64,000 nt of DNA from the NCBI GenBank assembly GCA_020184695.1, contig JAANOX010000207.1, positions 248,001 through 312,000 on the forward strand, in the 5' to 3' direction. Within the stretch, counting starts at the first letter, position 1. Every line of letters begins with the position of its first letter. Shown here one piece after another: positions 37,001 to 49,373 of the stretch. The position numbers were made by a program, and so were the translations under genes. Origin of the DNA: Histomonas meleagridis 2922-C6/04-290x (taxonomy: Eukaryota; Protista; Parabasalia). The notes beneath the pieces are model-generated. The model worked only from the letters and a program-made list of their open reading frames with translations. It made no database searches and had not been told where the DNA came from.

Positions 37001-40000
37001 GAAGAAAGAGATCAATTCAACAAAGATAAAGAAGAATTTAATAATGAAAAGAATAAACTTAATGAAGAAAGAGAAGAATTTAATAATGAAAAGAACAAAT
37101 TAAATGAAGAAAGAAATCAATTCAACAAAGATAAAGAAGAATTTAATAATGAAAAGAACAAATTAAATGAAGAAAGAGAAGAATTTAATAATGAAAAGAA
37201 CAAATTAAATGAAGAAAGAGATCAATTTAATAATGAAAAGAACAAATTAAATGAAGAAAGAGATCAATTCAACAAAGATAAAGAAGAATTTAATAATGAA
37301 AAGAATAAATTAAATGAAGAAAGAGAAGAATTTAATAATGAAAAGAATAAATTAAATGAAGAAAGAGATCAATTCAACAAAGATAAAGAAGAATTTAATA
37401 ATGAAAAGAATAAATTAAATGAAGAAAGAGAGGAATTTAATAATGAAAAGAATAAATTAAATGAAGAAAGAGATCAATTCAACAAAGATAAAGAAGAATT
37501 AAATGATGAAAAGAATAAACTTAATGAAGAAAAAGAAAACTTAAATAAAGAAAAAGATGAATTAAATGATGAAAAGAAAAAACTTGAAAACGAAAAAGAA
37601 GAACTTTCCAAAGAACGGAGCAAACTTAAAGAACAATTTAAACTGGAAAGCGAATTCAGCGAAGGAAAAGAATTATTAGACAAAGAAAGAGAACAACTCA
37701 ATAAAGAAAGAGAGGAATTCAATAAGGATAAAGATGAATTAAGTAACGAAAAGAAAAGATTTAATGAAGACAAAGATCAATTCAGTAAAGATAAAGAAGA
37801 ATTACGAAAAGAAAAAGATGAATTTAATGATGAAAAGAATAAATTAAATGAAGAAAAGGACAAATTCAACAAAGATAAAGAAGAATTAAATAAAGAAAAA
37901 GAAAAAATTGGAAATGAAAGGAATCAACTTAATAAAGATAAAGAAGATTTTAATGATGAAAAGAATAAACTTAATGAAGAAAAGGAACAATTCAATAAGG
38001 ATAAAGATGAACTAAATCACGAAAAGAACAGATTTAATTAAGACAAAGATCAATTTAGTAAAGATAAAGAGGAATTACGAAAAGAAAAAGATGAATTTAA
38101 TGATGAAAAGAATAAATTAAATGAAGAAAAGGACAAATTCAACAAAGATAAAGAAGAATTAAACAAAGAAAAAGAAAAAATTGAAAACGAACGGAATCAA
38201 CTTAATAAAGATAAAGAAGATTTTAATAACGAAAAGAATAAACTTAATGAAGATAAAGAACAATATAACAAAGATAAAGAAGAACTTAATAATGAAAAGA
38301 ATAAATTAAATGAAGAAAAAGAACAAATTCACAATGAAAGAGATCAATTTAATAAAGACAAAGAAGAATTTAACAGTGAAAAGAATAAATTTAATGAAGA
38401 AAAAGATCAATACAATAAAGACAAAGACGAATTTAATAATGAAAAGAATAAATTTAATGAAGAAAAAGATCAATTTAACAAAGATAAAGAAGAACTTAAA
38501 AACGAAAAGAACAAACTTGAAAATGAAAAAGATGAAATTAATCATGAAAAGAATAAACTTGAAAATGAAAAAGATGAAATTAATCATGAAAAGAATAAAC
38601 TTAATGAAGATAAAGAACAATTTGAGAAGTCTAAAGAAGAATATAATAAAGATAAAGAACAATTTGGTAAAGATAAAGAAGAATACAATAAAGATAAAGA
38701 AGAACTACGCAAAGATAAAGAACAATTTGGAAAAGATAAAGATCACTTTAACAAAGAGAAAGAACAATTTAATAATGAAAAGAATAAACTTAATGAAGAC
38801 AAAGAACAATATAATAAAGATAAAGAAGAACTTAATAATGAAAAGAACAAATTAAATGAAGAAAAGAATATCTATAATAAAGATAAAGAACAACTCGATA
38901 AAGAAAAAGAAGATTTTAATAATGAAAAGAACAAATTTAATGAAATCAAAGAACAATATGATAAAGAGAAAGAACAATATAATAATGAAAAGAATAAATT
39001 TAATGAAGATAAAGAACAATATCTTAAAGATAAAGAAGAACTTAATAAAGACAAAGACGAATTACGTAAAGATAAAGATCAATTTAATAAAGATAAAGAA
39101 CGATTCAATAATGAAAAGAATAAACTTAATGAAGACAAAGAACAATATAACAAAGATAAAGAAGAACTTAATAATGAAAAGAACAATTTCCATAAAGACA
39201 AAGATGACTTATATAATGAAAAGGATCAATTCCATAAAGAAAAAGAAGATTTCAACAATGAAAAGAACAAATTTAATAATGAAAAAGATCAATATAATAA
39301 AGACAAAGATGAATTACATAAAGATCAAGAACAATATCAAAAAGATAAAGAACAACTTGATAAAGAACGAGCAGAATTTGAACGAGAGAAATCGGAATTT
39401 GAATTACTTAAACAACAATTATTATCACAACGTGAATCACAACAAATTACAGAAGATAAAACATCAATAACATCAACACCAGAAACTCCAGAAGAAACAG
39501 AAGAAGAGGCTGCGTTATCACATACCATTGATGACATTAGTTCACATGTATCACGTATAATGAGTGGCCGTCTTCGAGTTATTAATAAGTTAGATTGTGA
39601 TCGATTAATTAATGTTCGAGGACGAGATCGACCCATTGCTATATTTGTACCACCTAAATCATCATCATTATCAATGAGTGGTGCATTTATCTATGATGCC
39701 ATTAAATATAAGAACGAAAACACTATTTATCTATATACTGGACCTGAATGTCCTGAAGTGTTACGTAAATTAGCAGAGTTATTACAACAAAGAATGGCGC
39801 AAGCATTTCCTACTGCTAAAACAAAGAAAATCATTAATACTATCACTGGTGATGACTTTAATCATTTCTTACATGTGATGGGTGGACATGTAAAACAAAT
39901 GCAAACGACAAATAACGCTGGCGATGAATTATTCTTCGAAAGAAGATTTTATATGAACTTGTTCCATATTTATATATTCCAAAATGGTAAAATTACTGAG

Positions 40001-40264
40001 AAAAATATTTCGACAACTCAAAGACCAACTTTAAAGGATTTGCCTGAAACTGGTGCAGCTGTTATAGATACAAGTGATACGGCTTTGTATCTATGGGTAG
40101 CAAACCCTGAAACAACTGATGAAAATGAGAAAAAAGATGTCGACGACGCATTGGAATGGATGTCAAAGCAGCCCGAATATAATGAACAGGGAGCAACAAG
40201 AGATTTGACAGTGTTCTCGAAGAATTTCATACCGCCAAATTTGGAAATTATTTTCCAGGCGTAA
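34088..40264 (+). CDS. ~2,060-codon N-anchored coiled-coil protein with a C-terminal gelsolin/villin-like domain; single in-frame TAA at 38039-38041
   Basis: Manual reading shows 38042-40264 open and in frame with both track ORFs (34073-38041 and 39560-40264). TM LVYSGILIAFFGAFSLM; RLINVRGR..SSLSMSGAFIYD..IYLYTG and AVIDTSDTALYLWV resemble gelsolin repeats. Confidence 0.8.
35400..39370 (+). repeat. Coding 21-bp (heptad) tandem array with higher-order duplications
   Basis: FNNEKNK/LNEEREE/FNKDKEE units; 273-bp block duplication (37748.. vs 38021..). Confidence 0.9.
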
Positions 40265-40589
40265 AAGGAATTTATGATTTTATTTATGTATAAATAAATA
40301 AATTTATTTTTGAAAATGGAATTAAAGTCAAAATGTTATTTGATTATTATCCTAAAAAATTGATTAGAAGAATTTTATATCAAAATATGAATCATTTTAT
40401 CGACTTGAAGCTATTTGATCTATTTGTACAATTTCTTAATAATAAACATAAGGTGAATCATATTATCTTCGTGAATCTATGATTGAACATAATTTTCTTG
40501 AACCAAACATTGTAAAAAACAATAAGAGTGCTTATTTTGTACATTATATGTCTAAAGATAAATTAGCAATCCATTTAAGGGAACATGAT

Positions 40590-40960
40590 TTGTAAATTAT
40601 GAAGAACTTTCAAAGAATGATTGAGAATTACATAAAAAATTAATTAAAGAAGGAGTTAATCCAAATGAAATTGCAAAAATAATTCGAAATGATGAAATAG
40701 AAAAACTATAAAAAAAATTACATTAATTGATTATGCAGCATTTTTTGGATCCATAAAATGTTTTAAATATTTACTTATTAATGGAGCTAAAATAGAAAAA
40801 ACAGGTAAATATGCAGTTGCAGGTGGAAGTGAAAAAGTTATTCATTTGTGTGAATAAAACCATTTAAAGATGCATATGAAACTGCAATTAGATCCCATTG
40901 AAAAGATATCTTTCATTATTTTTATGAAAACAAGATTGAAAAAATTAATAACTTGGATAA
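40590..40960 (+). pseudogene. DUF3447/ankyrin gene remnant
   Basis: Closely matches the 55340-56137 gene (NPNEIAKIIRNDEIEKL; LIDYAAFF..KCFKYLL.NGA; YAVAGGSE..IHLCE), with deletions and stops. Confidence 0.85.
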
Positions 40961-41918
40961 ATTAGTATAACAGAAGCTCAACCACAACCAGCATAATTTG
41001 TTAATATTATAACAAATACTAAACACATAATTACTAAAAATAATTATGATGAAATGTTAAATAGTATCTTCCAGAAGTTGTTGGAGCATTAAAAATAAAT
41101 GAATCAAAAACACATAAACAAGTTAATGAATGTATTTTAATACTATTGCAAGTAACGATTTCATAAAATAAGAACAATCTTTAACACCATTGTTATTACA
41201 TATATCTGTTGGCATAACACCAAACTCATATAGTTTTGTAAGTGCTACAATTGATGCTATTGAATGTGTAATTTCATTAACAAAATTGCATAAAATGTTA
41301 ACCTTGAAGATCTTGGGTAATTTTGTTTAATATGTTTTTAGGATAATGATTCTAATCAGAGATCAGAAGTATTTCATTGTGCATTGCAATTTTGTCATGT
41401 CTATGTTCTTCGTTATTAAGAAATGAAAAGAAAAACTTATTGAATTTTCAGGACCAAATCTTTTATCTTTATTTTCATAATAAATAAACTATTCACACTC
41501 GATTTTTATTAAATTCTTTCATTTCCACCCGAAATTCTAAATGTATGGCAAGCGCGTACGCAAAAAAAATACATATTCACAGTCAAATACATATAATCCT
41601 TCATTACAATTTGATTTGACATTAATACATTCCATAATATTAATTTCTCTACTAACGAAATTTGTTAAATCTTCCCAAGTTAGTAATATTTTGGAATTAT
41701 CTTTAGCAAAAAACAAATTTATATATAAATGCTTATCAATGTTTTACATAGAGAAAGATACAGAATGCTTTCCACCTCATGAAGAGAAACTTTTCCTAAT
41801 GCACGATTGTCCCAATTGAAAGATTCCATATTTAACTATACGTATCAATTGTTATCTTTAAACTAATGAAGATAAAACAGGTGCAAAAAATTGCGGCGAT
41901 TACACATCCTAATTTTAT

Positions 41919-43175
41919 TTAAGAGAAATAGTTCAAGAACTTCTTTTTCTTTGCCTGCACTTGTGCTATTCCCTCCACATAATCCTCGTGCGATATCACG
42001 TCCGCGTTTCTTCTCAATGCGACCATTCCCGCCTCCACGCACACCGCCTTCAGCATCGCGCCATTAAAATCCTCTGTACTTCGCGCGATTTCTCTAAAGT
42101 TTACGTTTTCGTCTGTTTTCATGTTCTTCGAATGGATTTCCAAAATTTGCACTCGCGCGTCCTCATTCGGCATTGGCAACTCGATTTTCCTGTCCAATCT
42201 TCCGGACCTGAGCAACGCCGGATCGAGTACGTCGGGGCGATTGGTGGCGCAGATGACTTTGACATTGTCCAATGCTGTGAATCCATCGAGTTGATTCAGA
42301 AGCTCCAACATCGTTCGCGAGACTTCTCGTTCTCCGGTGATGTTATCAGAGTCATTACGTTTCCCTCCGACTGCATCAATTTCATCGATGAAGATAATTG
42401 TCGGTGCTTTACTTCGCGCTAATTCAAACGCTTCACGAACAATTTTCGCACCTTCCCCAACATACTTTTGGACAAGTTGTGGGCCTGCTAAACGTAAAAA
42501 CGTGGAATTAGTGTTGGCTGCACATGCACGTGCTAACATTGTTTTGCCTGTGCCGGGTGGACCATATAATAATACTCCTTTGGGAGCTTGGATTCCAATC
42601 TTTTTGAGACGCTCGGGCTCCATTAGTGGTAAGACGATCGCTTCTTTGAGTTCTTGGATTTGTTTGTCTAATCCACCACATTGTTCATACGTTTCGGTTG
42701 GCTTGGAATCGACTTCCATGGCTTTGACGCGTGAATCATAATGTGGAGGAAGCTTTTCGTAGATTGTATATGTGTCACGACTTACTGCTACAAGTTCTGA
42801 TGGTTCAAGATCTGCTGCTTTGAGTAACCCTGATATTGGTAAAAAGACTGTCTCACGTCGAGATGTTTTAATGACCGCTGAAAGTTCTTCACCAGAGCCT
42901 TGATAAATATCTTCATCATCTCCTTCAACTAATTTAAGTGTTTCAACAACAGATGATATTAAATATGGTGTTTGCTTGAGACGTGATATAATCTCTTTGT
43001 TTTGTTTTGCATGCTCTTCAAGTTCTTTTCGTTTATTTGAAAGAGATGATAATGTTCGTTCAGAAATTCTGATATTGTTTTCGAGAAGTTGTGTGTTATA
43101 TTTGATCTCAGAAACAGATTTTTGTGACATTTCATTGATTAATTCTTGATCAACTTCTACTTCTTCGTTCGACAT
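41919..43175 (-). CDS. RPT5: 26S proteasome regulatory ATPase Rpt5 (subunit 6A/PSMC3)
   Basis: N-terminal coiled coil and OB fold, [52 protein letters not shown]-terminal KKKFLNYFS. Confidence 0.93.
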   Translation of the reverse strand: MSNEEVEVDQELINEMSQKSVSEIKYNTQLLENNIRISERTLSSLSNKRKELEEHAKQNKEIISRLKQTPYLISSVVETLKLVEGDDEDIYQGSGEELSAVIKTSRRETVFLPISGLLKAADLEPSELVAVSRDTYTIYEKLPPHYDSRVKAMEVDSKPTETYEQCGGLDKQIQELKEAIVLPLMEPERLKKIGIQAPKGVLLYGPPGTGKTMLARACAANTNSTFLRLAGPQLVQKYVGEGAKIVREAFELARSKAPTIIFIDEIDAVGGKRNDSDNITGEREVSRTMLELLNQLDGFTALDNVKVICATNRPDVLDPALLRSGRLDRKIELPMPNEDARVQILEIHSKNMKTDENVNFREIARSTEDFNGAMLKAVCVEAGMVALRRNADVISHEDYVEGIAQVQAKKKKFLNYFS

Positions 43176-43381
43176 TAATTTTTGTGAATTGACTAACTTT
43201 GTTCCATTTATAGTTGGTCAAACCAAAAAAAAAAAGAAAACGTTAAAAAATCAATTAGATTATCATTTTTTTAATTATAATTAAACATGATATATTTTAT
43301 TATAGATATAATGCCTTGTTGGCCTAAATTGTTTTACATTTTAACAAACATTCGAAGTGAAAAAAATAATTATTTTGAAAT

Positions 43382-43735
43382 CTATGTTTCTCCTTGTTGT
43401 ATTGCTTGTAGCGTCTTTTCAGAAAGTCGTTCTATCTCTTCTAAAGATTTGGAATATGTGTCAATCAGTATTTGAAGTTTTTTCATTTCAATCTCGAAAA
43501 ATTGTGGAACTGTCAACAATGCTTTAATTCGTTCTTGGCGTTCGATTTGTTCATGCAACTCTTTATTTTTTTCGGCTAATACATTATGCTCTGTAATCAA
43601 TAAGTCGCATTTTTTTGTTAGCTCATCAATAACACGATTGAGTTGATTTGTTCCGTGTTGTGGTTGATATTGTTCTGTACTTATTCTGTTTTCATCAAAT
43701 GAAATATTAATCATTAAAAATTTAAATTTAAACAA
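43382..43735 (-). CDS. Small coiled-coil hypothetical protein (likely start MINISF..)
   Basis: Heptad pattern; codon-like composition; lies between Rpt5 and Rictor. Confidence 0.6.
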   Translation of the reverse strand: MFKFKFLMINISFDENRISTEQYQPQHGTNQLNRVIDELTKKCDLLITEHNVLAEKNKELHEQIERQERIKALLTVPQFFEIEMKKLQILIDTYSKSLEEIERLSEKTLQAIQQGET

Positions 43736-43955
43736 ACGTTCAACAAAAGTAAACTACAGAAATCTTTAAACAAAAAAAAATTTAAACAAAAAATGCTTAA
43801 ACAATCTTCAAGCTTTAAGTCTCTGGTTATTTTTTTCCTTACAAAGCAAAGTTTACTTTCCTTATCATAAGTTTAAAAAATTCATTCTTATTAAAAAGTT
43901 TAATTTTGATAACTTTAACAATATTCCCTAAAGGCCGTTTTCCTCCATTTTAGAA

Positions 43956-46892
43956 TTAGAAGTTTTTGTGGACTGAGCTAAGAGATTGTGGTGATTGAGG
44001 AGATTTTGAAAATTGAACCTGACTAAGTGGAATCTCGTTGCTGTCATTCTTTTGGAGGATCTCTGTACATTGAGCTCTGACAACGTCTTCAATTTCTTGG
44101 TCAGACATATCATTTCCTAAATTTGACATTAGTGGTGATTGTCGAAATATACACATTATGAAAGCTCTAGATTCTGGTGGGAAAGAGAAATTTCCAAGTA
44201 GTTTAAGAGCATATAAAGCTACTTCAGGACAAATAATTTCATCATGTTTTTCACGTATCATTGAAATCAAGTTTTCTTTCGCTCTCTTATGCGTTATAGG
44301 GTTTGTCAATTCAATGAGCATGTTTCCAATTTCTTTTTTCTCTTGAGATATCTGACAAGGAATTATATCATACAAAATCTCTTGTTCATTAGTTTTTCCG
44401 ACTATTGAGAACACGTCACATGGAATTACTGCTGAGTGTGAACCATATTTGAATAATTGCCAATTATATTTTTGAAGAACTGATGAAAAATAATCTGAAA
44501 TATGGAAAAGTGACAGACAAGAAATTAACGTTCCCCATATCACGTACGAACTTTTTGATATGGCGGTTTTTATCAAAATTTCAGGGATTTGAAATTTTTG
44601 AACGATAGAATCCGCTTGAGGTGAAGAAGCGAAATGAGAAATAGCGAAAAACGCAGCTCTTGTTTTCGAAGTTGAAGTATTCTGACAAATTGCCAATAAC
44701 GTTTGAATGTCGTTTGTTAATAGTTCGACACCTTTTTCAAATTTTGACAAGTGACCAAATAAATGGGGTGGTACCATGGCAAAACCACCGTTATTGATAA
44801 TTGAGGGATATTGAGAGATGGTTTTTGAATCCTTAGAAAAAGTGAAATTCATTGCTGCGTCGTAAATTTTAACGTATTCTTTGTTTCCATAAGTCATCCA
44901 CCAATTGATTTCATGAGTGACGTTTCCATGGAGTATTGATTCAGGCGAAGAAAATATGATTGAATAAACAAAATGACAATGCTTTGCTAAAATTTCATGA
45001 ATTTCTTCATCGCCTGATATTAGTTCAATACATTCTTCATTCTTTAATAAGAAGTCACTTAATGTGTTTAATAATATTGGTAATCTTTCCATTTCATTCT
45101 CTTGATACACTGATTTAACAAATGGTATTAATAATTTTTGAAAGATATAAAATTTGGTTTCAGGATTTTCATCTAATTTTTGGCGTAATTCAGTAATAGC
45201 AAGTTTTGATACATTAAAATCTTTGGAATTTAAAAAGCCATTGTAAACTAAAATGGTCCAACCAGGCTCAGGAAGAAATTTCATCATCGGTAAAATCTTC
45301 TGACAATTTTGAAGATTTGTACATTTAGTTCCAAGATCTGTAAGTTGATCTATAATATTAAATTTGGTTAATGCACAAACTCCGTTTTCACATGACATCA
45401 AACGTGTAATGCAGTTAAAAAGTGGCCATATGGGGCTATCGTTCGGAATTTGTTCGTCTTTGAGTAAAACCTCCATAACCGTCTTGAGTAAACCTGCGAA
45501 AACATTTGATGACTCAAGAATCGAATCTCCCCAAGAAGATTCGAGTAGAAGATCTAACAAACTTTCAAGACATTTGGTCATTATTCTGACATGTGGGTGA
45601 TCTTCATGTAAGAAATTGTTAGCGAAAAAGTCAAATAACATATTATATAATTGAAGAGATGATTGAGATTGCGCATCAGCATCATTTAAAGGTAATATTA
45701 CAGACAAGTAAATGTGAATAAAATTCCAGTCAAGTGATGAAGATGACCATTGATGATCTTTTAAATCAATTTTCGTTGATGCTGCTTTAGTCCGATATAT
45801 TTGCATTGATAGTGTTCTAGACTTTACTTTTTGGTTTTCCAGTGGTGGTACAGTAACTTTGGGATAATTAATGATTTCACACTTTGAATCTAATGGAACT
45901 AATTTATGTATCAAAGCCGAAGCCGAATTGTTTGGTGGCAATTTCTCGACTAATCCAAGTTGTAAAAACGTGTAAAGAACAAATCCTGTATAAGGGTCAG
46001 TTATTGAAACTTGATCGTCTTTTCTGATAATTAGCGAAGTAAAAATCGAAATTATATTTTCTTTTTCATGAGATATACCACGAACAATGCTTTGGATGCC
46101 ATTGTTTTCAAGTCCGAATCCAAGAAAGCCCGGCCATTTCTTCAGTATTTGTGTTATTGCTTTACAAGCGTTATGAAGACGTTTACGATCATTTTTTTGT
46201 GATGAAAAAATCTCAGAAATTAATTGTAATGTTAAATATGAATTACATTTTGAGGAATGGCGTTCTTCATATGAATAACAAATTATGTCACATTGGTCAT
46301 TAGTTGGATCATTGATAAGAGATTCAAGAAAAATCTCACTAACTTCTGGAATATCAAAGACTTCGTCGGAAATAATGAAAGCTTCTTTGAGATATAAAAT
46401 TATTAATTGTTTCTCTTCAGGACGACAAATATTATAATATGAAGTAAGACCACGAATGACTGATGATGGAAGATAGTACCTCTTTTTTAGCATTAAATAA
46501 ACTAATTTAAATGCATTTAATTTTTCTGGATCATTCTTGGATTGAGGGCTTAGTGGCTTTTGCTCTAAAGACATTGCAATGAGCATATCAAAGTTGTATG
46601 CTTCAATAATTGATTTATTTGATGCTGATTCAAGGTCAAAAATAATTTCTAATGCAATTGATCGAATCAATGAAGAATCATACGTGTATAATTTGTGTAT
46701 GTAGGCAGCAACAAAACTTATTGGAAATGTCTCCATATCAACAAAACTTATATCATATTTTAAACAATTATATATCTTGACTATTTCTGCCTGTTTTAGT
46801 TTCTCTGTGGCTAAGTACTTGATGGCAAAAGCAACAAAAGAATCCATATGGTTTCCCATCATGGGTTCTTGCTGAAGTGGGCGGTAAATCAA
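43956..46892 (-). CDS. RICTOR: Rictor/Avo3/Pia-like TORC2 subunit
   Basis: 978-aa ARM-like protein; PPHLFGHLSKFEKGVELL and RAAFFAISHFASSPQA resemble the Rictor domain-5 motifs. True start uncertain. Confidence 0.75.
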   Translation of the reverse strand: MIYRPLQQEPMMGNHMDSFVAFAIKYLATEKLKQAEIVKIYNCLKYDISFVDMETFPISFVAAYIHKLYTYDSSLIRSIALEIIFDLESASNKSIIEAYNFDMLIAMSLEQKPLSPQSKNDPEKLNAFKLVYLMLKKRYYLPSSVIRGLTSYYNICRPEEKQLIILYLKEAFIISDEVFDIPEVSEIFLESLINDPTNDQCDIICYSYEERHSSKCNSYLTLQLISEIFSSQKNDRKRLHNACKAITQILKKWPGFLGFGLENNGIQSIVRGISHEKENIISIFTSLIIRKDDQVSITDPYTGFVLYTFLQLGLVEKLPPNNSASALIHKLVPLDSKCEIINYPKVTVPPLENQKVKSRTLSMQIYRTKAASTKIDLKDHQWSSSSLDWNFIHIYLSVILPLNDADAQSQSSLQLYNMLFDFFANNFLHEDHPHVRIMTKCLESLLDLLLESSWGDSILESSNVFAGLLKTVMEVLLKDEQIPNDSPIWPLFNCITRLMSCENGVCALTKFNIIDQLTDLGTKCTNLQNCQKILPMMKFLPEPGWTILVYNGFLNSKDFNVSKLAITELRQKLDENPETKFYIFQKLLIPFVKSVYQENEMERLPILLNTLSDFLLKNEECIELISGDEEIHEILAKHCHFVYSIIFSSPESILHGNVTHEINWWMTYGNKEYVKIYDAAMNFTFSKDSKTISQYPSIINNGGFAMVPPHLFGHLSKFEKGVELLTNDIQTLLAICQNTSTSKTRAAFFAISHFASSPQADSIVQKFQIPEILIKTAISKSSYVIWGTLISCLSLFHISDYFSSVLQKYNWQLFKYGSHSAVIPCDVFSIVGKTNEQEILYDIIPCQISQEKKEIGNMLIELTNPITHKRAKENLISMIREKHDEIICPEVALYALKLLGNFSFPPESRAFIMCIFRQSPLMSNLGNDMSDQEIEDVVRAQCTEILQKNDSNEIPLSQVQFSKSPQSPQSLSSVHKNF

Positions 46893-47466
46893 AATTATTC
46901 AATTAGATGTAAAGTGTACAAAAAGTCGATAATTGACTGTTGAAGGCACCGCTACACCCAAAAATTGTCATTTGTTTTGTGGGCTGTTCATTTTTTCATT
47001 CTCTAAAATAAGTATAAACAAAGCGTTTTATGGTATCAATTAAGCATTAATTAAAATGACCAAAAAAGAACAAAACAACATACAAGCTTTGGAAGCTTAA
47101 AAAACTTATTAGAACATAAGTGACATAGGAGCAGTATGCGATTGATTATAAGTTGCATCATTAGGATGAATTCAAAGGATGCAAACGAAACCGGAGCATT
47201 TTTAGTAAATTCTTTAATGGTAGCCTAGCTGACCTATCTAGATAGGACTAGCGCGTTAGTCTTTTTTAATTGATAATATATGAAAAACAGAGTCTGTTAA
47301 CAAAATCGATTTTCCAAAATTCGAAAGCACAAAAAAGTTCATGAACTTTATTCTTGAAAGTCATGACAAATTTGATGAAATTGGAAAAAATCATCATTTA
47401 AAATTAAAAACACTTTTTTTACATCCCTACACTGCTTTTTATCTGCTTAAAAACATTCATCAAAAT

Positions 47467-47640
47467 TTATTTAGCATTATTATCAATTCCTTCTTGTTCA
47501 AGAAGTAATTTAACTATTTCTGCATAACCATTTTTAGATTCCCATATAAGTGCTGTTTCAAATAATTTAAATAATTTCCAAATATTATTTTGAAATATAA
47601 AATAAAATATATAAATATCTTTACCAATTAAATTTATCCC
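47467..47640 (-). pseudogene. Isolated ankyrin repeat unit with an upstream AT-rich spacer
   Basis: KLFETALIWESKNGYAEIVKLLLEQEGIDNNAK*, preceded by a 48-nt spacer (47569-47616) after GINLIGKD. Confidence 0.8.
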
Positions 47641-48512
47641 AATCATTACCTATTAAAATAACCCCCTTGTTGCATTAAAATTTTCTTCTTTTAAATTAAA
47701 TATAATTTTCTTAAATTCTAAAAGTAATTCCTTTAAAAACCTAATATCAGTACACCCATTTTGCAAGAAAAAATGGAGATAAGTTATTTGGTTGTGGTTT
47801 TTTGTTTCAGTTGAAAAAATTAAGATGAAAATTCACAGAATTATTGGAAAGTGCTTAGTGGACATTCACTTTTTGTGAAACCAAGAAAAAAATGGAAAAA
47901 CTGTTTCATCAAAATTTTTTACTCACAATAACTACATATTTACGTCTTCAATAAATTCCAAAAAAATTTTATGAAAAATATAAGTAATTAATTATAATCT
48001 AATTCAAACAACAAACATCTGATCATTTCTTATTTATCTTTTTCTTTCATTTTCTTGCTCATTTCTATTGACATATATAAAAACACAGCATATTCGTAAA
48101 AAATTTTTGCGTCTGCATAAATGAATATTTGTGAACTCTTTTTCACTTCATCACCACCCAGCCAACCAAATCTTTATTTGTAAAACCTGGGGAAACCAAC
48201 AAATATTCTTCCAGTTCCTTTTCATGAAATTGTTATTTCTTAGTTCTGAGAACTTTATGCAAAAGTTTCCTTACAAATATAACGTTCGCTTTCAGAAACG
48301 TCGGTATAAGTCACTTTCCTATCGTATTGACAACGATCATCTGTCTCTCATTGTTCACTTTTTGAAGTATTTACTCATGAATTTCTGTACACAACAGCGG
48401 CTATTTTAGACTTTTAATTGAATAAATGATTTTAAGAAAATTTTTCAAGTTTTTGAATTGATGGGGCCAATCGAACGTTAACTCATTGAAAACGATGAAG
48501 TCAATTCTATAA

Positions 48513-49373
48513 ATGTCTCCTTGCCCTGAGGGTGCAATTGGGTGGATTGCCGATGCTTTTGGAGAGTGTATTGTAAATGCGCGCGACAGATGGAGTTTTG
48601 GTATTGGTATGGTTTCCAATGTTATTTGGGTTGTTTCTTCTGTTCCTCAAATTTACCAGACATGTAAGGTCAAAAAGGTCGATGGACAGAGTCCTTTTCT
48701 GTTTTCTTTCCTTACGTTGGGTAATGTGTTAAATCTTGTTGGTATTATTATTACTCATGGTTTATTAACGCAAATTCTAACACAGATATTATATTTGTTA
48801 ATGGATGGCATTATGTTTATTCAGTTTTTATATTACAAATATATAAAAAACAAGTGTTGCCCAGATATTGAAGAATCAACTTCAATAAGGCTTCATTCAG
48901 AGGAAAGCAGTTCATCTTCTGTACTCTTTAGTGGAGTTTTAGCCCAGTCAGCATCTTCTGCTGTTGATTGGTCTGCACCATACAAAGGCACATTATTACT
49001 TGGAGAAATCTTTGGATGGGTCGGAGCCTTGATCTACATCATTTCACGTGTACCACAGAACATAACAAACTGCAAAACAAAGAAAGTTTCACTTAGTCCA
49101 TACTATGTGATTCTTGCTATCTTAGGAAATGCGACATATTTTGCTTCGATTCTTATCAAGAGCACCGAAGCGAACTATCTTTGGCAACAATGTCCATTTA
49201 TCGTTGGCGCTTTGGCACCCATGTTATGTGATATATTGACAATCATACAGATGATCATCTATGGCCGCGGTTTTGCTGATAAAGTCGAGAAACCAGAGGA
49301 ACTACACGCCGATGAAAACCCCGAATCCAGTTCTGAAGATGTTTCTGAGGATAAGAATATCCCTGAGATATGA
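48513..49373 (+). CDS. PQ-loop (SLC66/Ypq/PQLC2-like) transporter
   Basis: Two PQ motifs (SSVPQIY; SRVPQNI), about 7 TM helices, acidic C-tail. Confidence 0.92.
   Translation: MSPCPEGAIGWIADAFGECIVNARDRWSFGIGMVSNVIWVVSSVPQIYQTCKVKKVDGQSPFLFSFLTLGNVLNLVGIIITHGLLTQILTQILYLLMDGIMFIQFLYYKYIKNKCCPDIEESTSIRLHSEESSSSSVLFSGVLAQSASSAVDWSAPYKGTLLLGEIFGWVGALIYIISRVPQNITNCKTKKVSLSPYYVILAILGNATYFASILIKSTEANYLWQQCPFIVGALAPMLCDILTIIQMIIYGRGFADKVEKPEELHADENPESSSEDVSEDKNIPEI

Noticed and set aside
34183-39636. Numerous antisense and alternative-frame ORFs (S/F/L-rich, K/N-rich)
   Set aside because: Shadows of the heptad-repeat coding array.
47160-47268. C/D snoRNA or Pol III RNA (GGATGA..CTGA, palindrome CCTATCTAGATAGG, hairpin then T6)
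   Set aside because: The K-turn geometry does not fit, there is only an 8-nt match to conserved SSU rRNA, and the region also reads as decayed coding sequence.
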